DNA of 64,000 nucleotides from Octopus vulgaris. Lineage: Eukaryota. This document shows, in pieces, positions 40,215 through 53,139 of the stretch. Under the pieces are notes generated by a model, which was not told the DNA's origin, did not search any database, and worked only from the letters and a program-made list of their open reading frames with translations. Numbering within the stretch: position 1 is the first letter of the stretch; every line of letters starts with the position of its first letter. The stretch spans positions 31,992,001-32,056,000 of the forward strand of contig OX597823.1 in assembly GCA_951406725.2 (NCBI GenBank), written 5' to 3'. Position numbers and translations under genes: made by a program.

Positions 40215-40430
40215 CCTTTCTACTGGAGGCACAAGGCCTGAAATTTTGGGAGACAGGGGGACTAGTTGATTACAATGAACCTAGTACTCAACAGGTACTT
40301 ATTTCATTGACTCCCAAAAGGATGAAAACCAAAGTTAACGTTGACAGGATTTTAATTTAGAACGGAGACAGACAAAATGTTGCTCAGCATTTTGACTGGC
40401 ATGCTAATGATTCTGCCAATGTGTCACCTT
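39962..40430 (-). mobile_element. Two tandem SINE-A copies in (TAA)n
   Basis: Reverse complement of the SINE-A core. Confidence 0.8.
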
Positions 40431-40852
40431 AAAAAATAATAATTGCAATAATAACAACAACAGCAATAATGTTATTTAGTTCTGAAATGTAAGATTAATG
40501 CTAGTTTGTTACAAGCAGATTGTATGAGATGATCTATGATATCCAAACTGCTTAAGAATTGTTCTCTCTACAGTATTATCAATATATCTAATGAGTATGT
40601 AAACACCTGAATAACTTAGTGGCAATAAAGAACGGAGATAACAAGTTGACCATAAGTAACCAGATAGTTTTATCTGCTTCTTGCAGTCTATGCTAATTCA
40701 TCTTCAACCTCAACTAAACCTTAATGAAAGAATGCAGGAAATCTAAATTTGGATGATGTGAAAATGTATCAAGTGATGATAGCTTCTCTCTGAAACTACA
40801 GACTTGATAGCAGTTGTTTTGATGGAGAGAAACTACAGATTCCAATGCCCAC

Positions 40853-41126
40853 AGGCATATGGTGTAGTGGTTAAGAGCATAGGCTACTAACCCCAAGATT
40901 CCGAGTTCGATTCCAGGCAGTTACCTAAACAACAACAACAACAGCAACAGCAACATCGAAAAATACCATAGGAATGAGAACCTAGGTTTGAAATTTCCCC
41001 AAGACACCTGATGAAGGCTGGAGGGTATATCAACCAAAACATGTTAACAACAAACAAGATGAGGACCAATATCTGTCAAATGTAAATAATGTACATAATT
41101 TCTCATCTCTTAGATATAGAACTATA
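40853..41126 (+). mobile_element. tRNA-head + hammerhead SINE-like element with a 26-bp flanking duplication
   Basis: TGGTGTAGTGG A-box, GAGTTCGATTCC B-box, CTGATGA at 41008. Direct repeats at 40805-40830 and 41127-41152. Confidence 0.8.
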
Positions 41127-41197
41127 TGATGGCAGTTGTTTTGATGGAGAGACTGCCATTTCTTTCTTGTCACTTGTAACTCTTTTCCACATTCATT

Positions 41198-41800
41198 CTT
41201 TCCTTTTCCTGTCTCTCCAGTTACCTGGCTACCTCACTAGTGCTGGTGGAATTAGAGAAGCACTAGTATACACTGTAAAGTGGTTGGTGTTAGCAAGGGC
41301 ATTCAGCTGTAGAAACCATACCAAAGCTGATATTAGAGCTTAACACAGTGCTATGGTTTGCTGGATCCTGTCAAACTGTCTAACTCATGTCAGCATGGAT
41401 AAGAGGCACTAAATGATGATGGTGGTGGTTATATTTATCACTTATACTCAGCAATACTGAAACATAAATTATACAATTAATTGTCTAATATATATACATA
41501 TATATATCAAAGGAAGACAAAAAAGACATTTAAGCCACCACATGACTTGAAAAAATGCAGTCAGTATAACCACCACCATCATCATTTAGTGCCTCTTATC
41601 CATGCTGACATGAGTTAGACAGTTTGACAGGATCCAGCAAACCATAGCACTGTGTTAAGCTCTAATATCAGCTTTGGTATGGTTTCTACAGCTGAATGCC
41701 CTTGCTAACACCAACCACTTTACAGTGTATACTAGTGCTTCTCTAATTCCACCAGCACTAGTGAGGTAGCCAGGTAACTGGAGAGACAGGAAAAGGAAAG
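41198..41800. repeat. Perfect 236-bp inverted repeat with a 131-bp spacer
   Basis: 41198-41433 is the reverse complement of 41565-41800; no mismatch found by eye. Confidence 0.9.
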
Positions 41801-42571
41801 GAAGATCCACCTCAACAGTATCAGGGGAGTATTTGAGAGTAGGGAAGTGGCTTTAAGCCTGGTGATGAGAAGCTAAAGTATGATCAAGGTACAAGTCTAG
41901 GTGTCTTATTATACAGATGCTACATAGCATTTTATAATGGTGAGTGGGAGTAGCATGGAAGAAGATAAGATGGTAGTGAAGGGGCAACAGAACAAACCCT
42001 CAATATACAAGAAAGTGAGCAGAAATGAAGATACAAACAGTGGAAGTGGAGCAGTTTGGCTGTTACTTCTCAAAAGTCAAATGACTAACATAGGCAAAGG
42101 CACAGTATATCTGGAGTTATGTATAGATGTGTGGGTACAACCAGCTACCTATGTGCCATCTGCCTGCTGTTCACAGGAACAGGGACTGGTTTGATACATT
42201 ACAATAGCAAGTAATTAGCTGCATAATTAGTTTCTGATATTTCAAATATTTATTTATTCACTATGAACAGAATTAAGTTGGAAAGAACGCTGACCTCTCT
42301 GTCTTAAAATCTTACACCACCTTCCCCACACAAATCCTCAGATAGCTTTGGTTGAGCAATTGTCAATATGAATCAAAGGGAGAAAACGTCTCACCTTCCA
42401 GTCAAAAACAATCAGGAGCGCAAAGAGAAAATAAACAATGAATGAAACATAAATTATAGCTAAACAATTGCTAATGTTTTTTAAATTCTTTTCGATAAAT
42501 TAACAATAATAAATATGTAAACTGATGTGAGTGTAACAAATACAGCAAGAAATATATATATATATATAGAC

Positions 42572-42839
42572 CACATTATTTACATTATTTACATTTAACG
42601 GATATTTGTCCTCATCTTGTTTGTTGTTAACACAACGTTTCAGCTGATATACCCTCCCGCCTTCATCAGGTGTCTTGGGTAAATTTCAAACCTGGGTTCT
42701 CATTCCTAAGGTATTTTTCAATATTATCATCATCATCATCATCATCTAACATCTGTTTTCCATGCTAGCATGGGTTGGATGGTTCGACTGGGGTCTGGGA
42801 AACCAGGAGACTGCACCAGGCTCCAGTATGAACTGGCAG

Positions 42840-42884
<45 letters not shown>

Positions 42885-42988
42885 TCACTGCCTGGAATCA
42901 AACTCAGAATCTTGGTATTAGTAGCCCTTGCTCTTAACCACTATGCCATATGCCCATGGTGTAGTGGATAAGAGTGCGGGCTACTAAT
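42572..42988 (-). mobile_element. tRNA-head + hammerhead SINE-like element, with an RTE tail inserted in its microsatellite
   Basis: HHR at 42629-42674, head at about 42878-42955, partial inverted head at 42956-42988. Confidence 0.75.
42629..42674 (-). ncRNA. Minimal hammerhead motif
   Basis: GACAC-CTGATGA-A-GGCGG..CAGCT-GAAACGTT-GTGTT. Confidence 0.68.
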
Positions 42989-43780
42989 AGCAATAGATGG
43001 ACCATTATAGAAGATGTGTATATGCATGTCTATGTGCGTGCATATATGTGTATATATAGTTATATGCATGTATGAGATGTATTATGTCTCAATGTGTGTA
43101 TATGTTCACATACATGAATCTGTATCATCATCATCGTTTAACATCCGCTTTCCATGCTGGCATGGGTTGGACAGTTTGATAGGAGCTGGCCAGGCAGAAG
43201 ACTGCACCAGGCTTCTGTGTCTATTATGGCATGGTTTTTATGGCGGGATGACCTTCCTAACATCAACCACCCTGCAGAGTGAAATGAGTGCTTTTTACAT
43301 GGCACCAACACTGGTAGGGTCACCAAGTAACTTGCAAGACAAGGAATCTTTGAGCGGGGAAGGGACATTGGAGGAGGTGATCCTATGTCAGATGATGAAA
43401 GGTTAGAGTGTGTGTACATATATTCATGTATGTATGTGCATGTATGTGTGTGTATGTGAATCTATAATCATGCATGTATGATGATGACTATATATGTATA
43501 TATGTGTGCATATATACATATTGTATTTATATTCACTGACACTCTAATTTATGCGTAAATATGCACAAGTTTTCCTTATTTTTTTTATTTATGCAATTAT
43601 TTACTCAATGGTGTAAGGGACAAAATGTTTGAAAAATATGATTCATTCCTGTGACATTATAATTGTTTTTATAATTTCTTCCAGAACTATATATATATAC
43701 ATATATAATGTGACCGTGTGAGTACCATTGGCAATTTTTTTTCCTCTGTCTTCCCTTCTCTGGATCTTTCTTTTTCCTAT

Positions 43781-43815
43781 GTTTCTGACGAAGAGCTCAA
43801 CTCGAAACGTTAAAC
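43781..43815 (+). ncRNA. Minimal (Penelope-type) hammerhead motif
   Basis: GTTT-CTGACGA-A-GAG(CTCAA)CTC-GAAACGTT-AAAC. Confidence 0.7.
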
Positions 43816-44098
43816 CCTCCTTCTTCCCTTCCTTCCTGAGCATCCAATAATACCATATTTGTTCCACGTCCTCGTGTTGTTGTGTTTTCATGTTTGAATT
43901 AACTTTATATACATATATATATACATAGATATACATACATATATATACATATATATGTATAAACCTACATATACATACATATATATATATATATCTACAC
44001 ACACACACATATATATATATATATCTACACACACACACATATATATATATACACACACACACATATATATATACATATATATGTATATATCTACACAT

Positions 44099-44129
<31 letters not shown>

Positions 44130-44335
44130 AGCTGCAGTAGCATCAACCCTTAAGGGTTAGCCACATTTAGGTGGCAAATATACTTCACGATGTCATGCAG
44201 CTACTGTTTATACCTCGCTCAGAGATTTACTATCGCTTATTTCCACTTTTTCGAGATCAGTGACATTTTGTCACTGGAAAAAAGTATATATATATTTGCA
44301 TTGAGAATCACTTCCCATTGCCAACCAGTGGTTAT

Positions 44336-44380
44336 CACATGCTGATGATGGGTCAATACTCAGAAACTCAGGTCCATGTG
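44336..44380 (+). ncRNA. Type I hammerhead ribozyme motif with canonical core and GUC site
   Basis: CACATG-CTGATGA-TGGGT(CAAT)ACTCA-GAAAC(TCAG)GTC-CATGTG. All three stems pair. Confidence 0.8.
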
Positions 44381-45624
44381 TATCATGTCAGGCTGGAGAT
44401 AAGAACAATGACTTCCTTTTGCAAATACTGATAGAGCACAGATAGTGTGTCAACAACCAGCTGGAGATGTCTTCCTGGGGCTACAAACTAGAGTAGCATC
44501 AACAATTAAGGTTTAGCCACATTTAGGTGGCAAATATACTTCATGATATATATATATATATATATATATATATCTACGTTAAGATATACAAAATCACTCA
44601 CATATGTATATATATATATATATGTGTGTATGTGTATATATATACATACACGTATATATATATATATATACACACACATATATATATATATACACACACA
44701 CATATATATATACATATGTGAGTGATTCTGTATATCTTAATGCAGATATACTGTAGATGGGCAGAAAATTGCAGTGTACACACACACACACACACACACA
44801 CACTCCCCAAATTCCTAAAACTAAAACTTAGGAATAGACATTATACACAAGCACTTCATTCTGCACTCTTTCCAGGCCTCAACACTGTGAACAAGACAGC
44901 ATGATTGGAAGTAAATTATATGTAGTGTTCAAATTAATTGGTAGATGAACAATGAGGAATGGAAATCATTATAAACACATTTACTCTTTTAATGATAACA
45001 TTAATTGCTACTTATATTTCGTATATATGCCTACATGAGGTCACATCGATGAATCTCTCAACTAAATATAGCAAAACTGATCTCATAATTGTTGACATGA
45101 ACTTATCAGAATATAATATTGACATTGATAGAAATGTAACACTGTTGTTTTTCCATTTGTGCTATAAATAGATAGTATCTAAATACAATGTCAACCTAAG
45201 TCATGTTCCCTGAAATTGCATTCTAAAGGTATGGCTGTGCGGTTAAGAAGTTTGCTTTGTAACGTGTGATTTCAGGTTCAGTCCCACTGTGCAGTGCATA
45301 TCTTGGGCAAATGTGTTTTATAATAGTCCCAGGTCAGTTAATTCATTGAGTGAATGTGGTAAACAGAAACAGCATGATGGCCCAATGCCTTTTGTTCTCA
45401 CACCATTTAACACTAAATTTAAAGCTAAATTTGTATGAAGTTGAGCCTTATCTGTGTTGTCATAGTACCATCAAGAGAGTTAGTACAGATTTTTTTTTTT
45501 GTAGACCAACAGCACTTCATGTTTGGCCTTCGAATTCTGGTGAATGACACTAAGGTGGTTTATTTGCAAGTAACCACTATATATGTATCTCTTTCTCTGT
45601 AAATATATATATATATATATATAT

Positions 45625-47165
45625 AAACTTAGATATGTTTCGACTAAAGATTGGTCCAGGCCATGTTTAACTTAATAGCACCACCTGATAGGATTATCTA
45701 AATCTTTTTTAAGTCAGGTTTTGTGGTATCATGGTCCATTCGAATAGGGAGTTTTTGTTGAGTGAGTTGTATCCAGGTATAGGTGGCTTATCTGGTATTC
45801 CTTGAAGAAATTTGTCCAGACTCTGATTAAAGGTGACGGGCTCCTTTTCCTCTTTGATCAGTTTTGGGACAATGTTAAACAGGGCAGGACCTGTTGAGGA
45901 AAAGAAATTGTGTCACAATGTACCTATATGTTGTGATCCTGAATTGGGCAGAGGACATATGGCCCATGGTCCCAGCCTTGGATAAACCTTGAAGCTAATG
46001 TTGAGGTCATTTGGAGAATGCTGGCAGTATATTCTCCACATCGTGCAAATGATATGCAGAATATACCGGTCTGTGGGATGAAGTTAAAATAATAGACACT
46101 GGAAAATACAAAAACTAAAAGAAGCAGCACATATGCTAGGACACAACAACCTCCTAAGCAGACCGAGTGCAGATATGAGCAGCATATGGGAACCAGTATT
46201 AAGGAAGGATAGGAGAATATTAGATTCATAAGCCCTAAAATTCACTCCATAATTGCTCACGGGCATATAGTGTAGTGGTTAACCACAAGATTCCAAGTTT
46301 GATTTCAAGCAGTGACCTGAACAATAATAATAATAATAACATCGAAAAACACCTTAGGAATGAGAACCCAGCTTCGAAATTTCCCCAAGACACCTGAAGA
46401 AGGCTGGAGGGTATATCAGCCAAAACGTTGTGTTAACAACAAACAAGATGAGGACAAATATCCGTCAAATGTAAATAATGTACATAATTCCTCATCTCTT
46501 AAATATAGAACTATAACTCTGCCAGATCAAGACTGGAGCCTGGTGCAGCCATCTGGTTGCCAGCCCTCAGTCAAAACCGTCCAACCCATGCTAGCATGGA
46601 AAACGGACGTTAAATGATGATGATAATGCTATATATATGTACATATGCATATATACATACATGTATATCTGTATTTCTTCTCAGATGTTCCATGTCTGCT
46701 ATGTGAATTCAAACAGATAAGACAGTAAACATCTACTCTGTATCCTCCATAAGGAATAGGCATATTTTACTCTCATTCATATTTAGGAGAATCTTACTTG
46801 TTTCAAAGTAGCTTTGGAAAAGTAAGTGAAGTGGCTTCACAAGATCCTTTTTGGTTGCTTCTAGAAATATTAAATCACTTTCTTTTATATCAATCTCATT
46901 GATGGCTGTCGCTTGTCTTTTGCACAGTTGCAATGTTGAAGAACTATACAGGCTCAGCTGTTTACATGCCCATCAATTGAGTACAGTAGAGTACAGCCAG
47001 CCATCACTTGCTTGCAAGTACGGCTTGATACATGCACCAAGCTATATCACTAACTGTTTTTGATGCCTGTGTAGTTGCAAGCAGACACAGACTCTCTCCT
47101 CTGCCTTTCCCTGTCCCACTGCTCGTCCTAAGTCCAGGACATAACAGCTGGAGAGAGAGAGAGAT

Positions 47166-47216
<51 letters not shown>

Positions 47217-48150
47217 GGTGCACCAGTACCTAGTTGGTATTCATTTACAGCTGAGTAGACTGCAGCAACATAAAATGAAGTGCTTTGGCCAATGGCACAA
47301 CAGGCAGATAAGGCTCAGGTAGTTTGTTGTATATTTTACTTACCTTGTGAGGGTCTGAAGCAAGAGAAATACTTCATTCAAACAAGGACCCTATTTTGCA
47401 CTACTCAGAGATTGTTTCTGTTGCAGATCTACAGAAGATTTTAGAGTTGGCTTTTATGTTACCTACAACCCATGCTTCCTTTATTGTTCTCTCTCTCTCT
47501 CGCCTGTATGCACTTTATTTTATTTACTATGAAATATCCAACACTCACCCTTCCTTAGTATTTTTTCTCATTCAGTTATTTGTTCATTTGACTAATTTAA
47601 GATGTTTGTCCTTTGTCTCAAGACAATTTTCCTGTAGTCAGGGATGCCATTTCTGCTAATGGCACCTATCTTTTTCAGTGAGACAGGTTTAATCTATACA
47701 GTTTGTATTAACATAAATTACTTCATTTCCATACCATTATTTTCCAAAGAGATAGCTTGGTATCAGTTTTTCTTGTAGATTTCTTATTTGATTTCCTTTG
47801 ACTTTCTGCAGTTGTAATGAGGCACTAATTTACAGGTTTCCTTGAACAATACATTATTATTTCCCTCAAACTGTGGTCAGACAATACTATAGGGATTACC
47901 TTCACATTATGGATGGGTTCCACATTATCTGTCAAGCAGGGACCCAATGTATTATTACCTCTCTTAATGGCATGCAGTGAACTGCATGCTCTTGAGATAA
48001 GCATGATATTGTGATCAGGCAGTAACATTCCTGAGAGAATGTCTCCCTCTGACCATTCAAAGATGGGAAGATTTAAGCCATACAATATAGGAATATCAAT
48101 ATGCTGATTTAATTTCATCAATATTTTTCCTATAATTTTTTCCTGTCATT
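45625..48150 (-). mobile_element. Fragmented CR1/L2-group LINE interrupted by younger repeats
   Basis: Collinear pieces: APE remnant RGNNTL...LSDH (about 47.9 kb), LVKPLHLLFQS (about 46.8 kb) and C-terminus GPALFNIVPK...LDKFLQGIPDKPPIPGY (about 45.8 kb). Confidence 0.7.
46261..46514 (+). mobile_element. tRNA-head + hammerhead SINE-like element
   Basis: Collinear with the other three copies. HHR at 46389-46434 has a G12A change. Confidence 0.75.
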
Positions 48151-49511
48151 TTCTTTAAATTCTGTTCAATGAGTTGGATCTGTGGTTAAGTTCACTTAGT
48201 AACCATGTAGTTCCAGGTTCATTCCTACAGTATGGCACTGTGGGCTAGTGTCTTCAACATGCCCACAGTGGGCTGCCCAATGCCATTAAAGTGAATTTGG
48301 TAGACAAACTCTATGGAACGTGTGTGTACATTTGTGCCTTCCGATTGTATCTTGCTTTTGTTTACATTCTCACATTTTAACATTAAGAAAACTCAATGTC
48401 ACCATTTAAGCAGTGGTGTTGTTTTTGCCCACCATAAAAACATGTCTGGCCCATTAAGTGCTTAGTCATGACAAAACGAAAGCTAGAATAATAAGTACCT
48501 TACTTAGGAACAAGAAGGGGCTGGCAACAAGAAAGGCATCCAGCCAAAGAACAGAGTCTCAACAAGTTTCATCCACCCCATGCCAGCATGTAAACTACAG
48601 ATGTGATGATGACTGAAGCTATCCAATAGGTGAAATGTTGAATTGTTTTAAATATACTATCACTGTCATCACAAGCAGAGAGCAGTAACAGACTTGTATA
48701 GTATAATGTCTCATATATATAATGTAGCAAGATGAAATATATATAATGTAGCAAGATGGATTAACTCAGATGAAACTGGTAGACAAAAAATCCCTCAGGA
48801 TTAAAATCTAAAAACAGGCATAAAAGAGAACTTCTCATAAGATCAGCAGGTCAAAACTAGATTGCAAGAGATCTGGTCCTTACTCCCTTTGAACCGACCT
48901 GCTTAAGACTACTCCTGCTTCTATGATGTACACTTCCTATTTTGAAATAATTTTAAAATTTCCCATCAAAATTTTGTGCTAATTTATTTTCCAAAATCTA
49001 GCTTAAGTATCTAAAATCCTTCATTATTTCCAAAATTTATTGAAAAGAAAGTCAATGCATTTCAAAGAAAATATGATAATAAAATGGTTAAACTCAAGTG
49101 GTGAAAGAAACAGGTATATTTTGGAATTATTAGACCTCCTCATATTTTATTTAGAAATATTTTTAAATGATTAGTATGTATAGAAATGGGTAGGTTGCAA
49201 GAGTGTGGGTGAGAAGCAAGTGTAATATATGGTAAGGGTGAAAGATGTATGCAGGTGGAAGAGTGATAATTTGGTGGCCCAGGAGGGTGATCAATGTAAA
49301 ATGTGGGTGGAGAAGACAGAATTAAGAATGAAGGAAAACGAGATGGCTCACAGTAGTGAAAAAACATAAATGGTGCCAGGGAAATGCTGGTGAAATACGC
49401 AGTTCTGTTCAGATTTAATTACAACAGCAGAATACAACAGTTAGAAAGAAGATAGTGGGTGGTGGGATGTCTTGAGGAGGAAATTGGGGGAGGAGCCCAC
49501 ATATGCACATA

Positions 49512-49653
<142 letters not shown>

Positions 49654-50166
49654 TTGTGTTTTCAGAAACAGTTTTGCAAGGATGGGCAGGTTTTCTCAAG
49701 TGCTGCATATTGCCAATCATTCCAGCCATCCCTTCCATGAGGTTCAAAGTTCTGATATCAGCTTTTACCATTTCATCTAATGTTTTCCTATGCCTCCCAC
49801 TTTCACAACCTCTGCATTAAGTGAGCAACACTTCTTTTATACAATCGTCCTCATCCATGTGCACCAAACGTCCACACCATTAGTTTTCTCTCTTGCACCC
49901 TAAATCTGATACCTTTTTATAGCTAGTTTTTCTCTGAACACATTTGTGGTTCAGTGTTCATGCATATGCTGCACATCCAACAGAGTATGCTACCTTAATT
50001 TCTTTCTCAAACTTTAAACATTCAAGACACGTGTCTCACTGCAATGCAGCATCAGTTTCAACACAAACAACATACAATTCACCATTCACTGTAAAGGAAA
50101 AGATCTTAATGACAGCAGTACAGTAGCTCCCTCAAACTGCTCTTACCCTGGCTACTATATATATAT

Positions 50167-50558
50167 CTTTTACTTGTTTCAGTGATTTGACTGCGACCAT
50201 GCTGGAGCACCTCCTCTAGTCAAGTAGATCGACCCCAGGACTTATTCTTTGTAAGCCTAGTACTTATTCTATCGTCCACTTTTGCTGAACTGCTAAGTTA
50301 TGGGGACATAAACACACCACCATCGGTTGTCAAGCGATGTTGGGGTGACAAACACAGACACACAAACTACACACATATATATATATACATATACACGACA
50401 GGCTTCTTTCAATTTCTGTCTACCAAATCCACTCACAAGGCTTTGGTCGGCCCTAGGCTATAGTAAAAGACACTTGCCCAAGGTGCCATACAGTAGGACT
50501 GAACCCGGAACCATGTGGTTGGTAAGCAACCTACTTACCACACAGCCACTCCTGCACC
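50167..50558 (-). mobile_element. tRNA-derived SINE family B, full copy
   Basis: Collinear with 28775-29140. Confidence 0.8.
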
Positions 50559-50979
50559 TATGGAAAAAAAGGTCAAGGTAGAAAATGCTAAAATAATTTT
50601 ATAAAAAACATTTCAGTACCGGTTTTGATCATTGAGACTTTTTCAACTGTAAGCATGGAAAACAATTAAATTTTGGAAAAATTAAATGAAAAGTTTTTTC
50701 AAAGAATATTTGCCTAGTATTCAAATACAAGGGGCATTTTCCTCAACAACTTCAAACCCACAAGAGTAAACAAGAGAGACAGAGACTGGCAGAAACAAGG
50801 AAAATGCCCCATGTATTTGAATACTATGCAAATATTCTTTTAAAATACTTTTCATTTAATTTTTCCAAAATTTAATTGTTTGTCATACTTACAGTTGAAA
50901 AAATCTCAATGACTGAAACCGATACTAAAATGTTTTTTATGATAAAATTATTTTAGCATTTTCTACCTTGACTTTTTTT

Positions 50980-50984
<5 letters not shown>
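50559..50984. repeat. Foldback (arms about 185 bp)
   Basis: TATGGAAAAAAAGGTCAAGGTAG... / ...CTACCTTGACTTTTTTTCCATA. Confidence 0.9.
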
Positions 50985-51013
<29 letters not shown>

Positions 51014-51022
<9 letters not shown>

Positions 51023-51161
51023 GTGAATTGAAGAAATGGAGCTGAACGCAGATTGAACAGAAATCGTTTTATTTCATTCTACACGTGTTTCGAAAGGCAC
51101 AAATAAAACGATTTCTGTTCAATCTGCATTCAGCTCCATTTCTTCAATTCACCAATAATAT
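51014..51161. repeat. 61-bp-arm hairpin, 26-nt loop, one mismatch
   Basis: 51014-51074 is inverted against 51101-51161. Confidence 0.9.
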
Positions 51162-51314
51162 TTTAATTTCAATTATCCGCACCAACGCACGGTTGCAACA
51201 CCATATGGTTGTACCTCCAACCGTGCTGTTTACTGCTGTGATTTTTGCTACCAAGGTATCGGTTAAACTTTTGATTAATCTACTACAAGATTATTCATCT
51301 TTCTATTTCACATA

Positions 51315-51383
<69 letters not shown>

Positions 51384-52110
51384 CCTTTTCAACCTTCTAC
51401 ACACACACATATATATATATATATATATTAGTTACAACAGAGGATTTTCAGTTGGGAGGTGCTCAGATTGACATTTTGAACTTCCCAATACCCACAACAA
51501 AATTATTATTTTATAAATAAATGTAGCCATGCCTAGTACATGATGTGTGTGCGTGTTTCTTTGTTTTGAGATCATGTGATATTTGTAAGCAAGTGTTACA
51601 GTCATACTAGCAGGATCATTCATTTCCAGTCTGCCATGAATATATGTGTGGAAACAAGAGAGGGTTGGCAACAGGAAGAGCTTCCAGCTACAGAAAAATC
51701 TAATTAAATAATTTCCATCTGAACTATGCAAGCATAGAAAAATGAATATCAGAATGATGGTGATGAACAATGATAATGATGATGATCACACACACACACA
51801 CACACACATAAACAGACAGTTATACATTTACACGAAAAACAGGTAGGTAATCAATAAGATGGATATAGAAACAGCAAATGAGATTAGAAAGGTAATTACA
51901 GAAACTATAAATAAATAAATACACACACACACACATGCATTTCGTGCCAACTGCTGGGAAAGTACTCCATATCATAGTAGAGATTGGTAATACTTTTTAT
52001 TTCCGTTGAGTCAGTCTCTTGCTCCGCTGGAGTTTTGCCTATATTCACAGGACTATCAGAATGCTGTAAACTCCACATGAGCAACTGAGCATGTATATGT
52101 GAGCAGCTGA

Positions 52111-52143
<33 letters not shown>

Positions 52144-52590
52144 TAGATATAGAGAAAAAAAGAAACGGTAGAGAGAGCCTGGTAGATGGCTTTTATATAT
52201 ACATATATACATATAATTTATAGATTCTCTGTAGGCTTTGATGATGTGTATTCTAGTTATTCAATTATTAAACAAACCGTCTCGTTGACTCATGATGTCA
52301 GTAGGTGAATATTCCAGAGACGTATGTCCCCTTAACATAAACTTTAAGACGGAATCAACATGACAGTGTATGACAAGACTGATCCCTTGAATTACAGGAA
52401 CAGTCCGATAGACGGCTTTGACAGTTTCTGACTGCTCAGTTCGACTACTCAAGTGTGGGTGGGCAGACAGTCGGTTGAGTGGGTAGGTGGGCGGTTGGCT
52501 GTATGGATATAAGGGTAAATAGATATATGGTGATTGGCTGGTTTGATGGATGGGAAGGGGCTAGACAGACAGCTAGATAAACAAAACAAT

Positions 52591-52627
<37 letters not shown>

Positions 52628-52728
52628 TAGATAGACAGACAGATAGATAGACAGATAGGTCGATAGATAGACAGACAGACAGATCGATAGATAGACAGAC
52701 AGATCGATCGACAGACAGTTAGACAGAC

Positions 52729-52763
<35 letters not shown>

Positions 52764-53091
52764 AGGACGAATCTATTGCTAGATAGAATGAATAGATAAA
52801 TAGGTGGATAAATAGTTAGGCAGATAGAAACCATCTATATTGATCTCTCCTGTCTGTCTATGTATCCGAGTTTGTTTATCCATTTATCTACCCAACCATC
52901 TACCAATTTGTCAAACCCTGTCTCTCAGTATCTATCTTCTATCCATCTGTCTATCCATTTATTAGTCTATCTATATCTATTTGTCAACATGTCTATATCT
53001 ATCTATTTATCTATCCGTCTGCTGTGTCTGCCTAATCTATTTATCGATCCATCTGTCAGTCTGCTTGTCCGTCGACCTGCCTGTCTGCCTT

Positions 53092-53139
<48 letters not shown>

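Noticed and set aside
40853-40925. tRNA gene with an ACT anticodon-like loop
   Set aside because: Poor acceptor stem, no T-run terminator, and it recurs as the head of a repeat family.
43643-44810. YIYI/VCVC/THTH ORFs (also about 7.2-7.9, 21.8-22.1, 49.4-49.8 and 52.4-53.2 kb)
   Set aside because: Translations of di- and tetranucleotide repeats.
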